Source: Fimbriosthenelais zetlandica | Taxonomy: Eukaryota | NCBI GenBank assembly: GCA_977030845.1 | Contig: OZ365114.1 | Location: 15,872,001 to 15,936,000 of the forward strand | Length of the DNA: 64,000 nt | Reading direction: 5' to 3' | Part shown: one piece after another, positions 51,737 through 64,000 of the stretch | Position numbering within the stretch: the stretch's first letter is position 1 | Layout of the letters: the number at the start of each line of letters is the position of its first letter | Made by a program: the position numbers and the translations under genes | The notes under the pieces: generated by a model | Database searches by the model: none | Told to the model about the DNA's origin: nothing | The model's input: the letters and a program-made list of their open reading frames with translations, nothing else

Positions 51737-51915
51737 CAGTGGCGGATCCTTCACACCAAGTGCCCTTTTCGGATACTCAAGTGTCCTTTTCGGGCCCCAA
51801 GTGCCCTTTTTGGGACCCATGTGTCCTTTTCAGCCCCCAAATGCCCTTTTAGGACTGCCAAGTGGCCGTTTCGATCTCAAGGTTCACTTCTAGACCCCAA
51901 GGGCCCCTTTAGACC
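51737..51915 (+). repeat. About 20-bp minisatellite (CCAAGTGCCCTTTT core, 8 copies) after a CAGTGGCGGATCC head; MITE-like
   Basis: The units are directly visible. The MITE assignment is by resemblance only. Confidence 0.8.
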
Positions 51916-53538
51916 GCGGGGCTGGGGGTGTAGCATATTACATGGTTGCAGTGGCAATGCACATGGACATCATATCCCCATAAATATACATCCGTATAAA
52001 TGTCTTGGGAAACCTTAGCCAGTTACTGTAGTTCTACATCTAGCCAAAGGTGACCTGGGTCAACAAAAGGAAATGCAAATAATAACGCCACCTATCAATC
52101 AATGATCGAACAATAGCTGATACAACAAGAATACCATGTCTTGAATGTCCACTATTCTGCAGTCTCCCATCAAAATCTGTGGCACACGGCACAGTTGAGA
52201 AACTACATTGAAGAATAATCATATCTTTGAGGCAGATAAACGAGGGCTTAGGAAGGGATCCCATTTTCGATAGTATATTTTTAGATTTTAAAGGTAGATA
52301 ATTGAGCAAGAAAACAGCGACTTTACATATGCCTCTACACACTGTTGATGCCTCGGGTGTTTTCAAAGTTTTTGAGATCAAGCGATTACGGAGCCATTTC
52401 AAGTATACTTCTTGGAAGTCTCACTTGTCTGATGCTTTCTTCCAACTGTTACCACGACTTTATTTAGGTCTTTTGTTAGGCAAAACAAGCGGAGAGAATA
52501 TAATTGCCCATTGTTAACAAATTCATAACTCATCCATGCCAGCACTCTTTGAAAACACCCTACTTACACTGTTAGAAATCCTATTAAAACTAAGTGACCG
52601 CCATTAAAAAACACGCAATGTCACGTAGAATTCACATACCTAATTTAGCCAAGTGAAATTCTATTGTTCTCGGGGCGCATCGCTTAGCCCAATTTCGGCC
52701 ATTTAAAATTACACTTATGTCAATTGACATTCAATGGCATTTCAATGGCATTTCCTTGAATACTTGGCCTTCAATTAATTCAAACAAACATAAGGCTATG
52801 AATGCTACCCTACCTCATTAGCATAAGCCCCCCCCCTCCCGCCACCCACCCGCCCGCCTCACCCCGCATAGGAGATTACAGCTAGTGTGGGTTGAGTCCC
52901 ACAAGCCAAGTTCTAGATGTGAAAAGCATAGTCAATTACATTGATTCACACTTTGGGGTGCGTGAATGATGTGTGAAATATATATTAACAGAACATGACT
53001 ATAGAATCGGGGATATAGCTAGGTGTGGGGCGAAATATGGGTCGCCCCTAATGTGCGAATTTGGGGTTAAGCTTTAATACAAGTTATTAGGTTATCACAG
53101 CCAATATGGAAATAATTTTGGGTAGTAATTATTTTACTGTCCATGAAATTTGGTATAACCTGTGAAATACATGCATAGAATCATTTATTCCTTGAATTAA
53201 ATCAAAAGTTATAGTTACAATAATGATACATGGGAAACCGACATTATGATATGTACAGCAATATACACATTATAAGATGGCGATGATGATAATAACAGTA
53301 CAAAAAAATAAAAGTAACGTAGTACAGGAAATTTACCAATTAAAACAGAAATAGGTATTATTTTTGTTCCGCCAGACGTGTGTATTCGGCTCATATACAT
53401 GCCACCTGACACAAAGGTGACAAAAGCATGTATTCAGCTGAAGTGAAACCTATGGGTGTGATAATCTCGATCGTACGTGGCTGGCTTCTGTCGCACAAAT
53501 TCAGCCATTAAGGTTTTGGCCCCCCGGCATTACTAATT

Positions 53539-54115
53539 GGCAGTCTTTTTGCTACAAGCGCCATAGACTCACAAGGAAAAGGGTTATTTTAATGTCAACA
53601 TAAAAGTTCACAAAATTTGGAAAACAAACAAATTTTCCTCTTTGCAAATGTGAAAAGGGGTACATGTATGATTAAAAACAGAAAGGAAACAAGCCCTAGC
53701 TAGTACCATCTTTGATTCCGAGTGCCCCCGGACATGCAGTTACATGCTGCTCCAGGTATATTTTCAAGCCCGCAGTTAAAACATAATGACAGAATAGGAC
53801 TATACAAAGAGGGGACGCGTGTTTGGAAGATGGTGGGTGTGTGTGGGGGGTGGGGGGTTACTCATCGGCAGTCTTTTGTTTTAAGTGCCAGTCCGGAGTC
53901 TCAAGGAACACCAAAGGCCACTACATTTTGAAAAAAATGGTTCTGTTCCTCTTTGTAAATGTAAAAAGGGGTACATGAATGATTAAAAACAGATAGAAAA
54001 CAAGCCCTACTACCTAGTACTATATTTGATTCCGAGTCCGAGTGCCCCCCCCCCCCCCCCCCTCCCCGGACAAGCTGCTGAAGGATTAATATTTCAATCC
54101 CGCAGTTAATATCAT
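53539..54115 (+). repeat. Local tandem duplication (offset 328 bp): 53539-53785 and 53867-54115
   Basis: Shared GGCAGTCTTTT...AAAAGGGGTACATG.ATGATTAAAAACAGA...AAACAAGCCCTA...TTTGATTCCGAGTGCCCCC...CCCGCAGTTAA. The second copy has an expanded poly-C. Confidence 0.9.
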
Positions 54116-54299
54116 TATTCCCTGAATGGTCAACATAATTTAGCCTACTATTAAAGTTTTGTTCATACATTTACATGGGAATTTCAGCGAGATATTTACA
54201 CATCAAGTGGAATGGTCTTTGGATTAATTTATCTGCTTCAATCAAACAAAAACGTGATGGTAGAATAGATTTTAATTATTTAATGCGGGATTGAGACCT

Positions 54300-55437
54300 G
54301 TCTAGCCGGAGGAAACCCAGAAGCAGAGTCGCCATTATCAACGGACACTTTTGCGGCAATATTAATGTAAGTATAGCATTACGGAATATCTATATACATG
54401 CTCATGAATTACATGTGAATCCCTATGCATGGTTTTAGATAATGCATGACCTTGAATTGAATTACCAGCTAGAGAGGGACAGGAAAACATGCGAGATCGT
54501 TGTTTGAGTGATAGGGGAAGGGGTGGGGGGAAGCATGTCGGGGTCAGTCCCAGGAATACCGGCCTCTATGAGGGGAATGTTAAGGGGATATCTATCCATG
54601 TAGGGGGGGGGGGGGGACCCAAGCAGTACAACTTGACAATTCTTTGTGTGGAAAAAGATGGCAACATGGATTTATCCCCAGTCATACATGCATCTTTATC
54701 ATGTGATTATGTTTTAAAACTATCAGAGTATAATATCCGGTATTGTTTTATTAATAGGCAATGAACAGGAGGGACCCAGGGAACCTATGACATAGGCCAT
54801 GTGTGTGATGGAGGCACAGGAGTTTGAGTAAGTTTCTCTTTGTAATTCTGTGGAATTTCTTACATTTAATAATGTTCACATTATTTTGAGGTCATATGAA
54901 AGGTACTTTTGAAGTATGTAAAAAGGTGTTAATAAGTATTGGTGAATAATTAGGTCACGCTACCACCTGTTACCCCCTTCCCTGCCATGCATTTTGGAGG
55001 TGAAGCTTTCCCTGTGAGTGTGAAGTGTGAGGGAAAATGCTTACTGTTAAAATATATTGAGATATAATTTTATTGTCCGGTATAAGACATCCATAGTCCA
55101 TTTTTGTAAAAATATTATGAATATATATGACGGCAATTCGTAAGGCGACTTTTCAGACAATTTACTTATACTTTTGTTCTTATTTCTATTATTTTTAATT
55201 CAGATTAACGGTACACATGTTTCGATGGTATCCAAAGTTTGATATCAATTCAATGGGCATCACTCATCAAGAAGGCACTGACACACATTACAGCGGTTAC
55301 AGGTTAGTATTATATTTACTAATGATTCATTGACCAACAATATCAGTTATTATTCCCAAAGTTCTGAACCTTTTTGTTAAGATTAATATATTGTGCTATA
55401 ACACCTCGTTTATTCTCTTTACAGAGTACCCATGTAA
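54300..55437 (+). ncRNA. Candidate spliced lncRNA or micropeptide transcript; exon ends ...54366, 54758-54827, 55204-55302, 55425-...
   Basis: Alternating strong donors (GTAAGT 54367, GTAAGT 54828, GTTAGT 55303) and pyrimidine-rich acceptors (54757, 55203, 55424). The spliced ORF 54799-55437 gives 46 aa with no recognised homology. The 5' boundary is approximate. Confidence 0.35.
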
Positions 55438-56668
55438 AGGAAACAATTCACCCAACATAAATCATCTGAAATGAGGCTGACCAAACTGGAATGCATCTGA
55501 AGTCGCCATGTAACACATGCTATGAGAATACTTAACCGTATGTATGGATATGTAAATGGGTAAAATTCGACGCGATTGGCACCACAACACAACCTTAAAA
55601 TCGAGACATTATTGTGACATGAGGACACGAGACACGGATCTGTTTAAAAAGAGACACGATATGCACAATTTCAATGGAATATTGGAATGTAATTGTATAT
55701 AAATTATGTGAACAAATGACATTCAACACAACGGCACTGTCTAAAAAGTGCTGATTTTACGCGGTTAATTCATTTCAAGGAAAATGATGCAGGGTAATGG
55801 AATAATTTCTCATCATGAGACCTTCTGACACAGGCTTAAAAATGAGAACCGATTATATCCCTCTATGTCTGAATTGAAGCCATCTAATCACATCTAAAAG
55901 TTAAATTACTGTATATTTATATTTCAGTGGTAATAATATTTTAGTGTGACGATGGAACTTTTGTTTTTTTGTATTAAGTGCTTCAAATCTCGGTAAAATT
56001 GAGACATCTGTATGTGCTATTCACCCATGTTTGAATGTACGATTACTTCGCTCTCTCGATCAGGCAATCAATTATTGTATATTTTGAGGTATTCACCTTC
56101 CATGTTAATTATGTTTATTTACCATTTTATGGTAATACTTTACTTATTTTATATTTAGATAAAATAATACCTGTGAGGTATTTAATATTTTCTTGTGACG
56201 AATGTTTCAGAATCTTGGGTGCACCTGTGTACATTTACTATCCATGCTAATGATTTTTATTAAACCATTCTGTGATAATGCTTACATTTTCTTTATATAT
56301 TTAGATTTGTGAGATATTTATTATTGTGTGTCGATGAAAGTATCAACATTTTGGTACAATTGTGTCCATTTGTCATCCATGTCTATTTTGATTAGGCTCG
56401 TTAGCATTATGTGATAACGCTTTAATTATTCCATACATAGATTCCATTGTTATTTTTTGATGAATTATTTGGATTATTATGATGACTTTGCATTGTGATA
56501 ATGCATTAGATTTTGTATATATATTCGAGGGATTATCGAATAAAATTTGTACATAATATTTCATATATGCGTTTATTTAATTCTATAATTAGTGGTAAAT
56601 TATTTGCAACCATATTTAACCAAAAAATTAATAATATAAATATTTCAAACCTAAATGGCCCAGGCCCA

Positions 56669-56864
56669 CCTAATCCTATAATTGGTACCGCCATTTATAA
56701 TTTAATTGGTATAGCCAAGTGAAAAGAGGCTCTCCCTAATCCTATAATTGGTTTGGCCATTTAAGATTTAATTGGTGTCGCCAATTAAAAACACATGACA
56801 TAGGTACTTGGCATTAGCATAGCCTTGCCTCAAAAATAAATGGCGGCCATTTATGTTAATTGGC
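56669..56864 (+). promoter_or_regulatory. Duplicated homeodomain-site cluster (CCTAATCCTATAATTGGT x2; GCCATTTA-N4-6-TAATTGG x3)
   Basis: A 66-bp period duplication (56669 and 56735) plus a third partial copy at 56846. It contains TAATCC and TAATTG cores. Regulatory function is inferred. Confidence 0.4.
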
Positions 56865-59800
56865 AGAGGTAAAACGGACATCGGTAAATGGCTCATAAAA
56901 AGCTGTGGTCGCGCCAAGTGAAATCACCTGACATTGATGTAGTTCATTCTAACAGTGTATGAATGCTACAAGGGTGGGCTCGACATTTGGAGACAAAAAG
57001 GTCGTCAGCCTAAAGTCAGTCTCATTATTCTAGTCCATATACCTAGAGGCTGATATTCCCTAGCTCTAATAACATATTTAACTTTTAAATAGATCTCCAA
57101 TGATGTCAACAGTCTGAATCGATATTTGAAAGTCAAATGTGAATTGATCTTCCGAGGATACAATGCTAGCAATTGCATTGTTCGATATTGCTTAAAAAAC
57201 TGAGTAAAAACTTCATTTAAGTTTCCCCTTTTCTTCTGATTCCCTTCTCATATATCTCGAATAGGATTTTTTTCATTCGGGTAAAATGAGGATCATTGGA
57301 CCTTCTGATGCAGGCCTTTATCCCACCTCCCACACCAAGTGATGCCAGCCACAACATAAAGCCAGGTGGATATATATAGATATGTCTACATTTGGTGAGG
57401 GGGAAGATATTGGAATCAGGCTAAGATAGTAACAACATCTACTGTTTGAATGGGGTCTACTTCAAACGTTAACACCAGTCCCCTCTGGCCTTTATCCCTT
57501 AAAAATTGTACATGGGATTTGATCAAATAACACTGGTACATGGAGAAATATTATTCTTGCGGCCAGGTTAAAAGGAAAGTGGCGAAAAGTGCACCTGTTT
57601 TACCCCTTTCCATTTGTCACGTATGGCTTTACCAATATGCATGCATCTCACATTTTCGCACTAGTTGCCGTTAACCTTTCCTGTTGGGAGGAGATATTGG
57701 TAAAACTTATTGCCTTTCAAAAAGCTGACAGATGACCGGCCATTGATCTTGCAGTCATATGGCACTGTATAAGGGGTTTCATGACCATTATGTTTTCGGC
57801 GCGATAGGGTAAAAGTATTGACAAATTTAAAGTGAAGTGATTAAATAGGGTAATGTGATGATTGCTACGTTCCCAGGCCAACTTAGAGGCTATCGTCGCA
57901 GCGTGAGTAATCCAATTGTAAAGGGAACTAAACATTTCTCTACATAAAGCAATGTCAGCCGGTACAACCAGTGTATGAGAAAAGGCATTCACACTTCCTA
58001 CATTGTCATTGAATCTCCCCATTTCCTTACCATAAAGGGCTTGGAATATATCAAAGGGGATAATACGCAAATCCAATAAGAAAGCAGTCTCAGGTGCTTT
58101 TAAACTTAAAAAGAAAATGTAAATTCCGTAAAGTCCCCATATTCTATGTTTGATAAGGTGATGGATATCAGTCTCAATGTATTTTGTTCCGTTGTTAAGT
58201 TAAATGTATTATAATGGTGGTACACCTTTCCCGAATAAAAATGTTAGAAATGAATTATACATTCATAAGTGGAGGTCCAATCAATTCTATACATGAAGGC
58301 TTTGGCCAAACCTCATATTGCACGTCAACCCTTTCAATGTTAACCGATAAAGGATGCCATTGAAACCCACGGTTGAAACCTAAGTTTGTCTGACAATACC
58401 TTAAAACATTAATCAATATTGTAAGAACATGATCAATGCCATAGTACACGTGCTTGCGTTAGGGACCCCCTCATGACAGGGGGAAACATATCTCCCATGG
58501 AGTGTTGTGAGTGTTGGAGTGTGCCCCCGGGGTGAGTTCAAGTATAGGAAAGAAGGAACACAATAGTAACATTGACACCAATCCGGAATAGAAAATCGCA
58601 TTAAAGGGATTGAAGACTTCTATTTTAATAGAAGTAAAATACCTTTGCCTGAAAGATCCATGAAAAAGCCATGAACAAAAGAAAAAAACATTCGAGGTTG
58701 GCCAGAAATCCGAGGGAACTTGACTTAAATAATTGTACAAGTCTTTTTTGACAAGGGAAGGCGGAAGGGGATGAGTGTTAATGAAAATCTTAGAACCTTT
58801 TAATACCATTAGGCCTATCTACAATAGATTGATCTTAGTAATAATAGGCCTACTATAGTACTAATTCACGGAAAAAAAGTTTAATATAATGGGAAGTACG
58901 CGAAATTACAACCTCAAAAACAAACCACAACTACCACTTGCCAAAAGGTGATGTGTGTACAGGCTTCAGTCTACAAATCTCCTGCAGAGATAATTTGTTG
59001 GTAAAAACTAATTGCTTTGTCTCATTTGGTCACTCAATACCTAGAGTACAAAAAAATAAAGCATTGGATTTGTTTCTAAGCAAAAGTATTTAAACGAGGG
59101 ACGTTTTTATTAACATATTGCACTCCATTAAGCAATGGAAAGGCCAATTTTGATGAGAAACAGCCCCTGGCACAGCTCCCCCTATGATCATTGTCTGTGA
59201 AGCTATTTTCGCCACAGGGAACAACAAAACCAACGTAAATCTCACCTGGAAAATCATTATTCCACCTGGGGAACAGACGACTGAATGTACCATGTCAATA
59301 TTTATATCTCCAAGGTCTTTCTCTCCCTCTCCATATAATATAAGGAAAAGTTCACTCACTACATTTCCCCACGTGAAATATGTTCTGTCAATGCCCAGTT
59401 GACACTTTCAAGTCCATAAATCTTCAGGAATCGATGGTGCATTGATTAAACGAAACGCTTTGTTGTACTTTTAACAGGGGCAGTAGGGATCGAACAATTC
59501 TTTTTTCACTTCGTAAATCAGACTAATCTGCTTTGTATAATGATGACAAGAGAAGTCAATTTGTATTCATTTTGTACATCGATAAAATACAACAAGAAAT
59601 GAATTAGTTTAATTTGTTCTGGCTATTGTTTATGAAGCAAAACTCATCTCTTCCATTGAAAAAGCATAATTGTCTGCCTTCAGGTCTCCTCCTCAAAACC
59701 TGAATGATAATATAATATTTTGAAAGAAGTATTGCTATTCATACAGTCTTCCTGAGATGGCTCATAATAATTATTCTTTTCCTTGAATAGTTATCATAAA

Positions 59801-62800
59801 TCACTGGTCTTCATATCCTATACAGGTCTATGTATCATTTTCGTTTACAAAGAAAGAGCAAAGGAAACCAAGCACGTTCAACAAACAATTAACATGAGAG
59901 CCTAGACAGGAAAGGGAAGAAAAGGAGGAAGGAAAGAGGTCCTATATTCAGATTAGACATTGTCAGTCGCAGCTTGTTCAAATACAATCAGCACAGCTTG
60001 TCCTTCCCCACAAAAAACACGGTTCGTTTGGTGTGCAGCAGCCTTGAAAATAATTCATACTTCGGTTTCTTTTATTTGCCAAAGTGGTTAAAAAATAAGT
60101 ATATAACATATTGTCATTTCAGACAGTGTGGACCACCAAGAGGGCCCTGACAACATTGCTATATATACAAGCAACATGCTGTTCACACAGATTTTCTCCG
60201 ATTTTCAACAAAAAAATCACACCCAATTAACGAAGCAATTGCCTGGGGAGGAGGGATTCAGGTATAGCAAACATGGGCCTTTTTCCTCCCAATTAAAAGT
60301 GGGGAATTCTGCTCAAACTAAAGGTTTGGAGAGCAGATGGTAAGTGCTATAATAACTGTGTCATCTGCTCAGCTGTTTCATGCTCAATAAGCCATGTCGC
60401 CTGCGATACAATACACGATCAAGATGTCCCCATAAATCTGTATACCAGGCTCCCTGGATATAATATGGATTCAACCATTTCGGAGAACACAATCGACAGA
60501 AGAGACAAAATATAATTAGTTTTGGAGAAAAGTACAAAGATCCACTCAGATGAAAAACGATCTCCTTCAGTTGAAGAGGAAAAAGAAATGGACAAAAAGG
60601 AAAACAAGATTAAGATCCGAGTCACGTTCATCAATGGGTTTACATCAATAAGGAATCTGGTTCAAGGTTCCTTGTCATCCTTAGAGATTGCTGATTAAAT
60701 AGCAGAAGAACATATTATTTGCAGATAACCATTTTCATATCTACGGAACAGTAGTTCTATGGATTCTATGATCTATCTCTGCTCTGGATCCCATTTCAAA
60801 GCAAAAATTATCCATAAACTTAGAATTGCTCATTTTTCTTTTGAAATAGGCCCATGGATTTTTCAGCATGCTATTACCCTGTTTCATATTATCTTTTTCT
60901 ATTGCCTTCTCATTGAGTTACTTCTCCATCTTCCCTAGTCTCTTTCACTTTCTCCCTGCCTCTTTTTCTGCCCCTTGACCTCCCCATCTCTGCCGCCTAG
61001 ATCCAGGTAACCAAGATGTTACCTTTTGGTGTGATTGCGTGGGCCTGTTTACCTACGTTGGCTCACAGACTTTAGCTTGTGTTTCAAGTTCACCAAAGGT
61101 CTCCTACATCCCCCAAGCATCCAAGTCTATAGCGATGCCTGGACAAAAGCTATACCCCAGATTCCTTTCTCCACATCTTTTCTGGTATTTTTTTCTCCCT
61201 AACTTTTACCTCACCTATTCTATTTTAGACACAGACACAGTTGTGTACTTTACCCTCTGCCAGTGTGACTTCAGGTAACTCGACACCAAGGCTGGTGCAA
61301 AGAGTCTGTTTTCTATTGACTAAAAGAATTAGGCGTGGGAGTGCATAAACATTATTTCATAGTCCGGTTTAAAAAAAGATAAAATCATCTAAGTTCATAG
61401 GCTTAAAAACGATCCCATCATATAACAATTACCAATTCACTAGCGGAGATATATGCTGAAGCTCACAATAAAGATACCATTAGTAATCTCACAATCACAG
61501 AACCACACGTAATGGAGATTGTAACATTATGGACTAATCAAATTGGTACGATACAATTAAGGACGCAACGTAAATTACATGACCCTCATGTAAATTTACA
61601 TGACGTATTTGCAGTGTACGTTCTAAAACAAATATGACTGAAATTAACAAATTGGATGATTTTTATGCAGCAGTAAATCTTGCCATGTTCATGAGGTGCA
61701 CTGTAAATTACACAACCACTCTTATATACATTAACGCTACTTAGATGCATGACGGAAAAGGGTCATTAAATGATTAATATGAACTAAGAAAAAAATGGGA
61801 CACAAGAGGTTTCCTGCTATATAGAGAAGAGTGTATATATATCATCAGGGTTATGGATGGATGGTATTGAAGGTCTCATGTGTGCCTCAAATAGAGTGAA
61901 GGATGTACACTTCTGAAGGCTATCCAACATTATATGAGATTATTTATTGGGGAGGGGGTAAATGTGATAAATTAGGCTTATTCAGTAAATTGTCGTACTT
62001 GGGGATGCAGAGGAAGTTTTAAAAAGTTGGAAACCATCTCTATGGATCTGAGTGGAAGCTGTTTGTAATGGCTTACTTTCCCAAAAGGGATAGCAGAAGA
62101 GGAGTTATAATATTAACTGTATGGATGGATGGCATGATTCAATTTATGCATGCATAGATGAGCGGATGAATGAATAGATTATTGAAATTGATAGACGGAT
62201 TGATGGATGATGAAAAATCGGAGCAAAGTATATGGACGATCTCATCTTAATAAATTGCACTGAATTAACTAACCGACGCCAAAGTAAAAGATCACTCTTT
62301 CCGGATGTTATTGTAGTTGGTTATGGGAAGGTAAGGACTTACTGAGGGAAGTGAAGGATCTATGGACCTCCCCCCATCTCTGGATGCAACAAGGAGAAAG
62401 CCATACTCATCTGTCGTGTGGAGGGATAGTAGGGGGTGGATTTCCGCATGAAAGATAACAGTAGAGGGATGATAACGGAGGGTCCTGGGCGACAAAAGGT
62501 CGTTATTAACACGAGGGCTCTAAGCAGGGGGTTGTGTTGTGAGGGTTAGGAGATCAAAGAAAGGCCGTCATCCAGTCTCGAGGCACTGATTGCCATGGGT
62601 CGTCACCTAATATAGCTAGATATGGTCCTAAATTGTCCACATACGACTCGTATATAAATACATGCTAGATCAAAACTATTTGGCACAGCTACAAACCTCT
62701 TCCAGGTACTTGTCTACAATGTTATAAAGGCAATAAACTATTTATCTTGTGAAATTTCCATTACCAATATTATCAATTTTGCAAGGTTGTATCCTGGCTC

Positions 62801-64000
62801 CTAATTGGAATTTTGAAAAGATATTTTCAACAAAGTGTGAGGAATCTCTCCCTCAATCTGTTGGAGAAAATGAATCTTTGCTACATTCCATTTAGAAGCA
62901 GAGATACAACCTACTTCCTGAAAAACAGCCTTGTAAAACTGTATGGACTTTTGAGGAAAATATTAATTTTCGGGAACTACATATTATGAAAGAACTTGTT
63001 TAACCATCACTTCCAGGTCGTTGTGTAAAACGTTATAAAAGCAAGTAAGAACTTTCCATCGGATCGAAGTGAGAGTCGCGGTTTCAACCTCAACTTTTAT
63101 TACGCTATACATTTTGGCATCAGCATCGTTTCAACTGCCTTCTTAAAAGGGACGGATCTTTTCTCTGACATTTAATTGGTGGGGATTGCCACAGATTTCC
63201 ACTTATAATATATTGTAATGGTCCCTCAGATGCAACACGTGTGATAACCAAGGGCCCATATAATATACAATGGTGCACCACAGACAGACACATTATGATT
63301 ACACGGAGGGATGGAGATCTCAGGCAATGGCCTTTTTCTTTCTCTCCCCCTCTCAACTCTCAAGAACATCCTAAGTGTATTTACACTCAGGATGTACCTT
63401 TTCTTAAGGAGGAATGAATGAAAAATGGTCGTTACAAAGGCTAGGTATAGCGTGCCCCATATGGTCAGGTTTAATAGTGCTGAGAATCACACGCGAGGAG
63501 AGACAAGAGAGGGGGGAGGTCACTAGGGACGGTTGTCCTTAGGGGGCTGTTTCTTAAAAAGAAGGGAAGATGTGTTGCATAATGTAATAATAAGTGTATG
63601 AAATATATATGTGCATGGCACTGAACTGGGAGTTACCTTAAAAGTGGTTTTAAATTGAACCAAAGGGAATTAACGTTACTTTTTTTCGAAACAGACCCCG
63701 GTCGCCGAACAAGTGTGTGTGACAAGTGTAAACTGCACATATATGTAATATTCCCATAGGTTACGTCGTGAATGCCTATCCACTTTTACACGTACGCACA
63801 TATTTATCTGTGTAACCAATGATGGGTCTTCGCATTCATAGAGTAAAATGTGACATTGAGCATCTTACATGCTCCGACGAGAGCCTTTGTGGACTTGCGA
63901 AACAGACATGTTTTAACCCATGCAAATGGAGTGTATGCGCATTCTATCCTATCCAACTCAGTTGATCAATGCATGCATTCTATTTTCCATTTTCCCTGTA

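Noticed and set aside
57100-58800. Coding-like composition and the 119-aa minus ORF 57717-58076
   Set aside because: No recognisable domain or splice structure and many stops in the flanking frames. Possibly an old element, but unsupported.
60123-60340. Exon-like segment with open frame ...QEGPDNIAIY...
   Set aside because: No phase-linked partner exons were found. GPDNI resembles the LINE pre-RT motif, so a decayed LINE is more likely, but that is also too weak to call.
61845-62215. TGATGGATG / GATGGATGG motifs resembling Hox1-Pbx sites
   Set aside because: They sit in a degenerate (GATG)n microsatellite-like tract, so the motif match is uninformative.

Overview
Eukaryotic, AT-rich, intron-rich animal DNA. 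A marine invertebrate, probably lophotrochozoan-type, is inferred from gene content and is not proven. I reconstructed nine protein-coding genes by hand from GT-AG boundaries and reading-phase continuity: the 3' part of an UNC-93-like MFS transporter (+, to 7206); an orphan single-pass membrane protein (+, 17173-17709); RBBP8/CtIP (-); a pinocchio-like Cys/His-rich protein (+); INTS7 (-, 20 coding exons); cyclin C (+); a GPI-type Ly6/uPAR three-finger protein (-); a CAP-EGF-3xShKT secreted protein (+); and a 73-aa secreted single-LDLa microprotein (-). The eight genes from 17 to 47 kb alternate strand strictly and form three head-to-head pairs. About 7.3-16.5 kb looks like decayed mobile-element DNA, including a possible tandem PC4-like remnant. 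About 47.5-64 kb has no recognisable conserved coding exons. It holds a tandem array of tRNA-like modules, local duplications, homeodomain-site clusters and a candidate 4-exon spliced transcript. The most notable items are the three adjacent cysteine-rich secreted/surface genes, a palindromic minisatellite in the CtIP 5' intron, the tRNA-like array, and the orphan membrane protein with signalling motifs. All homology calls come from recalled family motifs; no database search was run.
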